The notes under the pieces are model-generated. The model saw only the letters and a list, made by a program, of their open reading frames with translations. It did not search any database and had not been told where the DNA came from. A stretch of DNA of 64,000 nt from an uncultured Acidobacteriota bacterium. GTDB taxonomy: Bacteria; Acidobacteriota; Thermoanaerobaculia; Multivoradales; UBA5704. The stretch lies in contig OY969474.1 of the NCBI GenBank assembly GCA_963700145.1, positions 5,120,001 to 5,184,000 of the forward strand. Reading direction: 5' to 3'. How positions within the stretch are numbered: the stretch's first letter is position 1; each line of letters opens with the position of its first letter. A program made the position numbers and the translations under genes. Positions 46,525-54,726 of the stretch are shown here, one piece after another.

Positions 46525-46554
46525 TGTCATCCCGAGCGTAGCGAGGGATCTGGG
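46525..46554 (+). repeat. Single arm of the REP-like element B family
   Basis: tgtcatcccgagcgtagcgagggatctggg resembles gtcatcctgagcgcagcgaaggatctggg at 28243. Confidence 0.8.
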
Positions 46555-46579
46555 GGGTGGGCGGCTAGAATTCGTCCAA

Positions 46580-49372
46580 ATGCCGAAACCCAGCGTCTTC
46601 CTGAGCTACAGCCATCAGGACGAGGACTGGAAGACGCGCCTCCGCACGCACCTCAAGGTGCTCGAGCACGTCGGCACCTTTGAAGTCTGGGACGACCGTC
46701 GGATCGACACCGGTGCGACCTGGTTTGACGAGATCCGCGAAGCGATGGACGGTGCCGCGGCGGCCGTCTGCCTTATTTCCGCGGACTACCTAGCGTCCGA
46801 CTTTGTGAACAAGGAGGAAATCCCCTACCTGCTGGAGCGGCGCCGGCGCGACGGCATGCTGTTCCTGCCAATCCTGCTGGAAAACTGTGCTTGGAAGAAG
46901 GTGCCGTGGCTGCGGGATCTCCAGATGGTCCCCAGCGGAAGGACAGTCAAGGACTTTCACGACAAGGGCGACAAAGTGTTCAGCGAGGTGGCCGAGCTCC
47001 TAGCCGACCGGCTCGCCGAGCTTGGGGCAGGTGGCGTCCTTGGTGAGGCAAGGACTGGCTATCGCGCCGTGGAGGTGCTGCAACCTGAAAAGGTTGATCT
47101 CGCACGCCTCCCTATCACAGGCGCTGAGCTGTTCGGCCGTCAAGCCGAGCTGGACTGGCTCGATTCGGCCTGGGACGAACGGAAGCTCCGCGTGGTCGCC
47201 CTCGTCGCCTGGGGCGGCATGGGCAAGTCAACGCTGGTGAACAAGTGGCTGGAGCGCTTGAAGGCAGACGGCTACCGAGCCGCGCGCCGAGTCTTCGGCT
47301 GGTCCTTCTACAGTCAGGGCACGAGCGAACGAGCAACCTCGGCCGACCTCTTCATTGCCACGGCGCTCGAATTCTTCGGCGATCCCAATCCGAAAGAGGG
47401 ATCACCATGGTCGAAGGGCGAGCGCCTCGCCGAACTGGTGCGGCGCGACCGCAACCTGCTCATCCTCGACGGCCTCGAGCCTCTCCAGTCGCCGACCGAG
47501 GAAGGCCGGGTAAAGGACCCTGCGCTCGCCACCCTCCTCGCCCGCCTTGCGCGTAGCGGTGCCGGCACGCCCGCGCTTTGTGTGATCTCGACCCGAGAGT
47601 CGCTAGGCGACCTCGTCGAATTCCCCGAAAACACCGAGAGCAAGGACTTGGAGCGAATCTCGCCCGAGGCGGGGCGCGCTCTGCTGCGCGTTGGCGGAGT
47701 ACGCGGTACCGACGCCGAGCTAGAGGACGCTACCCGCGCCTTCGGTGGTCACGCGATGGCGATGATCCTCCTCGCTGCGTACCTGCGGAGCGTCCCGGGG
47801 CATCCCATCGCGGCATCCGCGGAGCTTCCAAATCTCGACATCGCCGAGAAGAAGGGCCGCCATCCCCGGCGACTCATGGAAGCCTTCGCCCGGCGCTACG
47901 GATCGAGCTCCGAGATCGAGCTTCTCTCGGTCCTTGGCCTCTTCAACCGTCCTGCTGAACACTCCGCCGTCTCGGTCGTCCGAGCGCTACCGCCTGTTAA
48001 CGGTCTCACCGAACGCCTGGCGACGCTCGACGAGGCCGCGTGGCTTCGCTGCCTAGCAAGGCTACGTATCGACCGCCTTCTAGCCGAAGAGAACCCGCGT
48101 GACCCCGGCACCCTCGACTGTCACCCGATCGTCCGGGAACACTTCGGCGGGAAAGTAAAACAGGAAAACCCGACGGCCTGGTGTGAAGCGCACGGCCGGC
48201 TCTTCGAGTATTACAAGAGCAGTACGGAACGACTCCCGGAAACTTTGAAGGAGATGGCGCCTCTTTACGCCGCCATGGCCCATGGTTGCGAGGCAGGACG
48301 ATACCAAGAGGCGCTGGACCAGATTTTTCGGGCACGGATCGAGCGATCAGATGAGTTCTTCGCGACATACAAGCTTGGCGCCGCGGGGGCCGACCTCGCC
48401 GCGCTAGCCGGTCTCTTCGATCCGCCTTGGCGACGGCCAGTGGTAGCCCTGAGGAAGGTCGATCGCGTTTGGGTACTCGGCTCGGCTGGTTTCCGTCTCC
48501 AGGCTCTTGGTCGACTGGCAGAGGCTGAGGAGGCCATGCGATCTGCCTTGGATGGGCGGTTGGCGCTCGAGCATTGGGAAGGCGCCTCTATCGAGGCCAT
48601 TAACCTATGTGATCTCCACTTGGGCCTGGGCAACCTCAAGACGGCCCTCGACTTTGCGCGGCAGAGTTTGGAGTTCGCGGAGAGGAGCGGCGACGTCTTT
48701 GTGCGCATGGTCAGCCGTGCCAGCTGCGCGAACGTTCTCCATCAAGCGGGGCGCGACACTGATGCGGAGAAGCTCTTCCGTGAGGCGGAAGTAATCCAGC
48801 GCGAGCTTCTTCCCTCGATCCCAAGCTTGGTCTCGGTGCGGGGTTTCCATTATTGTGACCTACTTTTGGATCAAGGACGCTGGCGTGACGTTGAGCAGCG
48901 GGCGGAGCAGGCGATCGCCAGAAGCCGCGAGAATCGATGGCTTCTCGACGTGGCTCTCGACCACTTGTCCCTCGGGCGGGCCGCTCTCATCGGGGCCTCG
49001 GCGGAGGGTAAGGCTTCCCTCACTCGCGCCACAGACCACTTAGACCTGGCTGTGGAAGGCCTTCGGAGCGCGAGTCAGCTCGATGAACTCCCACGCGGCC
49101 TCCTGGCCCGCGCCGAGCTGTCCATCATCAAAAACGATGCCGCCGCGGCGCGCGCCGATCTAGACGAGACTCTCGCCATTGCTACCCGGGCAGGGATGCG
49201 GCTCTACGAAGCCGATGCCCACCTCCGTTTCGCGCGCCTTCACCTCGCCGAAGGCGACCGCCCGCGCGCCCGTGAGAGCCTTGAGCGCGCACGGAAGCTG
49301 GTCGAGGAAACCGGCTATCACCGCCGCGACAAAGAAGTGGAGGAACTGGCGAGGCAGCTTCGTCCAGAGTGA
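46580..49372 (+). CDS. TIR - STAND/AAA NTPase - TPR protein (NLR-like)
   Basis: TIR: VFLSYSHQD, VWDDRRI, ISADYLASDF..EE; P-loop AWGGMGKST, Walker B LLILDGLE, GGHAMA; C-terminal TPR-like helices; atypical codon usage. Confidence 0.88.
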   Translation: MPKPSVFLSYSHQDEDWKTRLRTHLKVLEHVGTFEVWDDRRIDTGATWFDEIREAMDGAAAAVCLISADYLASDFVNKEEIPYLLERRRRDGMLFLPILLENCAWKKVPWLRDLQMVPSGRTVKDFHDKGDKVFSEVAELLADRLAELGAGGVLGEARTGYRAVEVLQPEKVDLARLPITGAELFGRQAELDWLDSAWDERKLRVVALVAWGGMGKSTLVNKWLERLKADGYRAARRVFGWSFYSQGTSERATSADLFIATALEFFGDPNPKEGSPWSKGERLAELVRRDRNLLILDGLEPLQSPTEEGRVKDPALATLLARLARSGAGTPALCVISTRESLGDLVEFPENTESKDLERISPEAGRALLRVGGVRGTDAELEDATRAFGGHAMAMILLAAYLRSVPGHPIAASAELPNLDIAEKKGRHPRRLMEAFARRYGSSSEIELLSVLGLFNRPAEHSAVSVVRALPPVNGLTERLATLDEAAWLRCLARLRIDRLLAEENPRDPGTLDCHPIVREHFGGKVKQENPTAWCEAHGRLFEYYKSSTERLPETLKEMAPLYAAMAHGCEAGRYQEALDQIFRARIERSDEFFATYKLGAAGADLAALAGLFDPPWRRPVVALRKVDRVWVLGSAGFRLQALGRLAEAEEAMRSALDGRLALEHWEGASIEAINLCDLHLGLGNLKTALDFARQSLEFAERSGDVFVRMVSRASCANVLHQAGRDTDAEKLFREAEVIQRELLPSIPSLVSVRGFHYCDLLLDQGRWRDVEQRAEQAIARSRENRWLLDVALDHLSLGRAALIGASAEGKASLTRATDHLDLAVEGLRSASQLDELPRGLLARAELSIIKNDAAAARADLDETLAIATRAGMRLYEADAHLRFARLHLAEGDRPRARESLERARKLVEETGYHRRDKEVEELARQLRPE

Positions 49373-49399
49373 GTCGGGCGGCAAGGCTACAATCCTCCG

Positions 49400-49930
49400 G
49401 TGGACTTCGCCCGCGTGTTGGAGAGCGTCTGCGGCTTTCTCGACCAGCGCGGCGTGCGCTACGCCGTCATCGACGGTCTGGGGCTCGCGGCGTACGGGAT
49501 GGCGCGCACGACTCTCGACGTGGACTTCGTGGTCGACGGGGAGGCCCAGGAGGAGCTGGTGACCTTCCTGAGTGGGCTCGGCTACAGGACGCTGCACCGA
49601 TCGGAGGGGTACTCGAACCACGAGCACGTCGATCCGGACTGGGGCGGGGTGGACATTGTCTACGTGCGCGGGGAGACCAGCGAGCGTCTGTTCGAGGGCA
49701 CGCGGATGGTGGGCGGCCCGCGCGGTCGTGAGCTGCCCGTGCCGAGGCCCGAGCATTTGGCGGCGATGAAAGTCCTGGCGATGAAGAACGACCCCGCGCG
49801 CACCTTCCAGGAGCTGGCGGACATCCGGTTCCTGCTCGAGCTACCGGGAGTGGACCGCGGCGAGGTGCGGGGTTACTTCGAGCGCCATGGTCTGGCGGAG
49901 CGCTATCGTGAGCTCGAAGCCACGCTCTGA
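49400..49930 (+). CDS. Nucleotidyltransferase (DUF6036/AbiEii-like)
   Basis: YAVIDGLGLAAYG..RTTLDVDF, VPRPEHLAAMK, ADIRFLL. Confidence 0.75.
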   Translation: MDFARVLESVCGFLDQRGVRYAVIDGLGLAAYGMARTTLDVDFVVDGEAQEELVTFLSGLGYRTLHRSEGYSNHEHVDPDWGGVDIVYVRGETSERLFEGTRMVGGPRGRELPVPRPEHLAAMKVLAMKNDPARTFQELADIRFLLELPGVDRGEVRGYFERHGLAERYRELEATL

Positions 49931-50129
49931 GCCGCTCGACCTGGGGAGCGCGCTAGCGACGACCCCGGCCGACGTCGCCGCACTGCGCCGCCGCGCGACG
50001 GGACAGAACTGGCTGCAGCACGCCGAAGCCCTGGCGTTTCCCGATCTCTTCGCGACGCAGCCCCGGCGGCGGCCAATCCCTGCCGGCCGAGAGCCATTCC
50101 GTCTGGACTGGCCCGCCGGCGACGGTTAA
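49908..50129 (+). CDS. Small partner protein of the nucleotidyltransferase
   Basis: GTG overlapping the NTase 3' end; LDL...TTPADVAALRR...EPFRL. Confidence 0.55.
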   Translation: MSSKPRSEPLDLGSALATTPADVAALRRRATGQNWLQHAEALAFPDLFATQPRRRPIPAGREPFRLDWPAGDG

Positions 50130-50138
50130 CACCTCCCC

Positions 50139-50699
50139 TTACGTCGGATCAACCGGCCGCAGCTCCAGCCGCCCGCCGTGGCGGAGGAGGGGGCAGGCTG
50201 CGGCGAGGCGCAGGGCCTCGGTAGGGGAGGCGGCGCGGAGGAGGAAGTAGCCGCCGGGGCGGTCGGCGGCGCCGGTGGAGGGGAGGGGGGCGATTGCCCC
50301 GCCGGCGAGGCGCCATCCGTCGTCGCGCAGCTTCTCGGCCCCCAGCAAGTGGCCGTCGCGGTTCAGCTCGCCGGCCCAGGCGCGCAGCTCGGCGACGACG
50401 TCGGCTTCCGGCGCGATCTGGGTGCCGGCAGGCGGGGCGTGGAGGAGGAGGAGGTAGCTCTCCTCCGCGGGCGCCGGCCCCGGCGGGCGGCCCGCCCTCT
50501 CCTGCCCGGCCAGGAAGCCTCCCCCGGCCGCCAACACCAGCGCCGCCGCCCAGCCGATCCACTGCCGGGCGGGTGGGCGCCGATCGCCGCGGTCGGCGGC
50601 AAGGGCGGCCGCCACGCGGTCCTCCAGCTCTCCCAGGTCTTCCTCGGTGCGCAGCGGCGCGAGGGCCTGGCGCCAGGCGTCGTCGTGGGGATCGCTCAT
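50139..50699 (-). CDS. Putative anti-sigma factor: short N-terminus, one TM, YCII-like domain
   Basis: ATG 50699 overlaps the sigma stop; WAAALVLAAGGGFLAG TM; YLLLLH, GGYFLLRA, ACP...GGRLELRPV. Confidence 0.72.
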   Translation of the reverse strand: MSDPHDDAWRQALAPLRTEEDLGELEDRVAAALAADRGDRRPPARQWIGWAAALVLAAGGGFLAGQERAGRPPGPAPAEESYLLLLHAPPAGTQIAPEADVVAELRAWAGELNRDGHLLGAEKLRDDGWRLAGGAIAPLPSTGAADRPGGYFLLRAASPTEALRLAAACPLLRHGGRLELRPVDPT

Positions 50700-51244
50700 C
50701 GTCCTGCCTCTCCTTGGAGCATTTGGCGCAGGGCCGCCCGCGCCCGCGCGAGCTGGCTCTTCGAGGTGCCTGGCGTGACGCCGCGCACGGCGGCAATCTC
50801 CTCGTGGGTGAGCTCCTCGACGTCGTGGAGCAGGAGCGCCTCGCGGTAGCCGGCGGGAAGCGCGGCGACCGCCCGCTCCAGATCGACACGGGTCGCCACC
50901 GCCGGCGGGGCCACCGGCGGCCCGGGGCCGTCGAGCATTTCCAGCGCTCCGGCGGCGGGGCGGCGGCGCCACTCGTCGCGGCAGCGGTGGACGACGATGC
51001 CGAGGAGCCACGTGCGCAGCGGCGAGCGCCAGGCGAAGCCGCCGAGGCCGCGCGCCGCCCGCAGCCACGCCTCCTGCACCACGTCCTCGGCGGCCTCGAT
51101 GCGCGGCGCCAGCAGGCGCCGGGCGGTGCGCAGCATCGCCGGCGCGTGGCGGCGGAAGAGGGCGCGAAACGCCTCCTCGTCGCGGCGCTCGAGGAAGGCC
51201 GTGACGAGGAGGCGGTCGTCGGTTGCTGCCGTGCGGTCGCTCAC
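50696..51244 (-). CDS. ECF RNA polymerase sigma factor
   Basis: AEDVVQEAWL, LRTWLLGI, LPAGYRE, THEEIA, GTSKSQLARAR. Confidence 0.92.
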   Translation of the reverse strand: MSDRTAATDDRLLVTAFLERRDEEAFRALFRRHAPAMLRTARRLLAPRIEAAEDVVQEAWLRAARGLGGFAWRSPLRTWLLGIVVHRCRDEWRRRPAAGALEMLDGPGPPVAPPAVATRVDLERAVAALPAGYREALLLHDVEELTHEEIAAVRGVTPGTSKSQLARARAALRQMLQGEAGR

Positions 51245-51260
51245 CCGGGGCTCGCGGATG

Positions 51261-51689
51261 CTACTCGCGCCGGATCGCCACCACCTCGACGGAGCCGCCG
51301 CGCGCCAGCGCCGGGCAGCCGCCGGCCACCGCCACGGCCTCCTCCAGGTCGCGCGCGGTGATCAGGAAGTAGCCGCCGGCGGACGGTGCCGCGCCGGTGC
51401 GGCGGCGGGCCGTCCCCGCGCCGGCGGCGGTGAGGACGGTGGCCTCCGGCGCCAGCTCGTCCGCCTCGACGAGGCGCCCTTCCTGGTGCAGGCGGGTCGC
51501 CCAGGCGCGATAGGCGCCGACGACCGCCTCGCGCTCGGCCGCCGGCGCGTCGTCGCCGCGGATGAGCAGCAGGAACCGCGGCGCCTCGGCCGCGGCCGGT
51601 GCGGGGGCGTCCGCCGCCGGGGCGCCAGCGGTGGCAGGGCCCGCCGTCGCGGCGAGCAGGACGAGGACGGGAAGCGACGCTCTGAACAT
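51261..51689 (-). CDS. Secreted YCII/YciI-like protein
   Basis: GAGGAGG RBS; signal peptide; FLLLIR, GGYFLITARDLEEA, GCP...GGSVEV. Confidence 0.75.
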   Translation of the reverse strand: MFRASLPVLVLLAATAGPATAGAPAADAPAPAAAEAPRFLLLIRGDDAPAAEREAVVGAYRAWATRLHQEGRLVEADELAPEATVLTAAGAGTARRRTGAAPSAGGYFLITARDLEEAVAVAGGCPALARGGSVEVVAIRRE

Positions 51690-51740
51690 GCCCGGACCTC
51701 CTCGGCGCCCGCCGTGCGGCCGGGACCATCCCGCCGTCGC

Positions 51741-51790
51741 GGCGCCGTCACACGGTTGTGAGGCGCACGCCGCGGGCGGAGGGTTGCACG
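51741..51790 (-). promoter_or_regulatory. Candidate ECF promoter; also copy 1 of a ~50-bp direct repeat
   Basis: Minus strand TGCAACC-N16-CGCCTC upstream of the YCII/ECF operon. Confidence 0.5.
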
Positions 51791-51867
51791 GCGTGCCGCC
51801 GTCCCGCTTCGACCCCGCGTGCTAGCATCCCCGCAGGCAACTTCGAAAGAGAGCCGACAAGGGCCCG

Positions 51868-52923
51868 ATGTTCGAGTCCGTCAAGTCGAAGACCCCCCGC
51901 TTCCGCCCCCAGGTTCCCGGCCTGGGCGGGCTCCGCGGCCGGCTGGGCGGCACGCTCCTCAAGCTGCTGCTGGTGCTGGCGCCGCTCTTCCTCGCCCGCG
52001 CCTGCCTCTTCAGCTATGTCCCCCCCGACGCCATCGGCATCCGGCAGGTCAACTTCGGCCCGGGACGCGGCCTGCACAAGGAGCCAGTCCTCCCCGGCTG
52101 GCGGCGTGAGGTCTCCGGCTACGAGCGCATCCAGACCTTCCCGCGCGACGTGCAGGTCGTCGAGTTCACCAACAGCCAGGGCGAGAAGGGGACGGGCCAC
52201 CGCCAGGTCGGGGCGATCAAGGTGCCGACCGTGGACGGCTACCCGGTGGACGTCGACGTCACCGTCCTCTACTGGATCGCCGAGCCGTACAAGGTGGTCT
52301 CCCGCTTCGGCTTCGGCAACGCCTACGAGGAGGCGGTGGTCATCCGCGTCACCGACCCGCTGGTCAAGGAGCACCTGGGCGGCCTCCTCGCCGAGCAGTT
52401 CTACGGCGCGGCGCGGCTGGAGAAGGTGGCGGCGCTCAAGCAGGACCTCGCCGCGCGCTTCGCCACCAACGGCCTCCAGCTCGCCGACGCGCTGCTCCGC
52501 CAGTACGACTACCCCGAGACCTTTCAGGCGCTGACCGAGCAGAAGAAGATCCAGGACCAGTCGGTGCTCGCCAACCGCGAGTTCGCCAAGCAGGCCGAAG
52601 TGGAGACGCGCCTGAAGCAGGTCAAGGCCGAGGGCGAGAACCTGATCCGGGTCAAGAGCGCGGAGTTCGAGGCGCAGATCACCGAGATCCTGGCGCGCAA
52701 GCGGCTCTATGAGCGACAGCGGCGGGCCGAGGCCGATCTCCTGGTGCGCACCGCCGAGGCCAGCGGCACCGAGGCGATCAACCGCGCCCTCGAAGGGGCG
52801 GGGTCGGCCAAGCTCCTGCGGCTGCGGCGCGGCCTCGCTCTGCTCAACAGCATCAAGGGGCCGATCTACATCAACGAGGACCTCACCGACCTCGGCCGGC
52901 TGGTGGGAAGCGGCAAGGACTGA
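51868..52923 (+). CDS. SPFH-domain protein (HflC/HflK-like)
   Basis: N-terminal TM, VPTVDGYPVDVDVTV, C-terminal coiled coil. Confidence 0.78.
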   Translation: MFESVKSKTPRFRPQVPGLGGLRGRLGGTLLKLLLVLAPLFLARACLFSYVPPDAIGIRQVNFGPGRGLHKEPVLPGWRREVSGYERIQTFPRDVQVVEFTNSQGEKGTGHRQVGAIKVPTVDGYPVDVDVTVLYWIAEPYKVVSRFGFGNAYEEAVVIRVTDPLVKEHLGGLLAEQFYGAARLEKVAALKQDLAARFATNGLQLADALLRQYDYPETFQALTEQKKIQDQSVLANREFAKQAEVETRLKQVKAEGENLIRVKSAEFEAQITEILARKRLYERQRRAEADLLVRTAEASGTEAINRALEGAGSAKLLRLRRGLALLNSIKGPIYINEDLTDLGRLVGSGKD

Positions 52924-52925
52924 CC

Positions 52926-53969
52926 GTGCACCGCCTCCCCGTTCCTCCGTCCCTCGGCGCCTGCCTGCTCCTCGCCGCCCTGGCGCTCGCCGGCTGCACC
53001 CCGCACCGCACTGGCGCGACCGAGGTCGGCGTGCGCTTCAACAAGCTCACCAAGTCGATGGCGGAGTACCCGCCGGGCGCCACCTACTTCTTCGTCCCGG
53101 TCCTCAACGACTGGAAGACCTTCGACACCTCGCTGCACAACCTGGTGATGACCCGGGGGTCGTCGTCGGAAGAGAGCGAGAAGGACGACCTCCGCTTCAA
53201 GACCCGTGACGGCAACGACATCGAGACCGACGTCACCGTGCGCTGGCGGATCGACCCGACCAAGGCCTCCTTCCTCTGGAGCCGGGTGGGGGAGAGCAGC
53301 CAGGAGGTCGAGGACCGGATGGTGCGGCCGCAGGCCCGCACGTACGTCCGCGACGTGCTCAACCGCCTCGACTCGGAGGGCTTCTACAACCCTGTCCTCC
53401 GCTTCGCCGCCGCCAACGACGCCGGCCGCGTCCTCGCCGCCCACCTCCGTCCCTACGGCGTCGTCGTCGAGCAGGTGCTGCTCGGCGATTTCTCCTTCAA
53501 GGACGACTACCAGCGGCTGATCAACGCCCGCAAGGAGGCGGAGAAGCAGGCCGAGAAGCTGGAAGCCGAGATCCTCGCCACCAAGGAGGCCAACCAGGCC
53601 AACCTGCAGACCAAGGTCGCCGAGCTGACCGAGAAGCTGACCCGCGCCCAGGGGGACTTCGAGCAGGCCAAGCGCGCCGCCGACGCCTACCTGGTGCAGC
53701 AGCAGCAGACGGCGCAGGCGGTGCTGGCCGAAAAGAACGCGCTGGCCGAGGGGATCCGCAAGGAGCGCGCGGCGCTCAACAGCAGCGCCGGCGACGCCTA
53801 TGTCAACCTGCAGCTCATCGAGGCGCTGCAGAAGAAGGAGATCCGGCAGATGCCGCGGCTGCCGAACGGCCAGGTCATCATCGACGGCAACAAGCTGCTG
53901 CAGCAGCTCGGGATCGTGCGCTACGAGCAGCAGCGGACCGACGACCCGGAAATTCCGCCGCGGCAATGA
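52926..53969 (+). CDS. SPFH-domain lipoprotein (HflK/HflC-like)
   Basis: Lipobox LAG-C, EVGVR, KTRDGNDIETDVTVRWRI, coiled coil. Confidence 0.78.
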   Translation: MHRLPVPPSLGACLLLAALALAGCTPHRTGATEVGVRFNKLTKSMAEYPPGATYFFVPVLNDWKTFDTSLHNLVMTRGSSSEESEKDDLRFKTRDGNDIETDVTVRWRIDPTKASFLWSRVGESSQEVEDRMVRPQARTYVRDVLNRLDSEGFYNPVLRFAAANDAGRVLAAHLRPYGVVVEQVLLGDFSFKDDYQRLINARKEAEKQAEKLEAEILATKEANQANLQTKVAELTEKLTRAQGDFEQAKRAADAYLVQQQQTAQAVLAEKNALAEGIRKERAALNSSAGDAYVNLQLIEALQKKEIRQMPRLPNGQVIIDGNKLLQQLGIVRYEQQRTDDPEIPPRQ

Positions 53970-53976
53970 CGCCCGC

Positions 53977-54651
53977 ATGCTGAACCTCGCCGGCCCCGCC
54001 TACGACTTCGGCAACGTCCTCTACGCCGTGCTCCAGGAGTGCGAGCACAAGCGGCGCGGCCTCCTCCCCGACCGCGCCGAGGAGCGGCTGCTCGAGATCG
54101 CCCGCGAGAAGCTGGCCGAGGTCCGCGAGAGCTACGCCGAGGCCGGCGGCGACCCGGCGTATTGGAAGGACCTCGAGCGCGAGGTGCTGGAGACCGCGAT
54201 GCCGCAATACGCCGCGGCCGCGGCCGACCAGACCCGCCTCGAGAAGTCGAGCTACGGCGTCTGGCGGCAGGGGGACCCTTTGGCCCGCGGGCTGTTCGGC
54301 CTGACCGGGCTGGCGCTCGGCGGCCTGATCATCGCCGCGCCCTTCATCCCGCTCTGGGAGGACGCCTTCGCCTTCGTCCTCGCCGCCGGCGGCTTCCTCT
54401 ACCCCGAGGTGCGGCGCGTCGCCGCCGACTACCGCCACTCCCGGTTCCTCAACCGCCTGATCGTCAACGCCGAGGCCTATCAGAAGGACCAGCGCCTCCA
54501 CTACCTCTCCCACGCCCGCTTCGACGAAGCCCTCCGCTCCCTGGGCGAGCGCGAGACGCGGGTGGAGAAGGAGCTGGGCGAGCTGGGGCGCGGCGCCGAG
54601 ACGACGGCCGCGCCGGAGAAGCACCGAAAGAAACAGAAGACGCCGGCCTAG
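53977..54651 (+). CDS. Hypothetical 2-TM membrane protein
   Basis: ATG 7 nt after the SPFH stop; GLFGLTGLALGGLII and AFAFVLAAGGFLY hydrophobic segments. Confidence 0.7.
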   Translation: MLNLAGPAYDFGNVLYAVLQECEHKRRGLLPDRAEERLLEIAREKLAEVRESYAEAGGDPAYWKDLEREVLETAMPQYAAAAADQTRLEKSSYGVWRQGDPLARGLFGLTGLALGGLIIAAPFIPLWEDAFAFVLAAGGFLYPEVRRVAADYRHSRFLNRLIVNAEAYQKDQRLHYLSHARFDEALRSLGERETRVEKELGELGRGAETTAAPEKHRKKQKTPA

Positions 54652-54666
54652 CCGGCGGGTCACGGC

Positions 54667-54715
54667 GGCGCCGTTCTCACGGGGTGAGGGGCAGGCCGGG
54701 CCGGAGGGTTGCACG
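54667..54715. repeat. Copy 2 of the ~50-bp direct repeat at 51741-51790
   Basis: ggcgccgt..cacgg..gtgagg.gca.gccg..ggagggttgcacg is shared; ggagggttgcacg is identical. Confidence 0.75.
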
Positions 54716-54726
54716 CTGCGGCGAGA

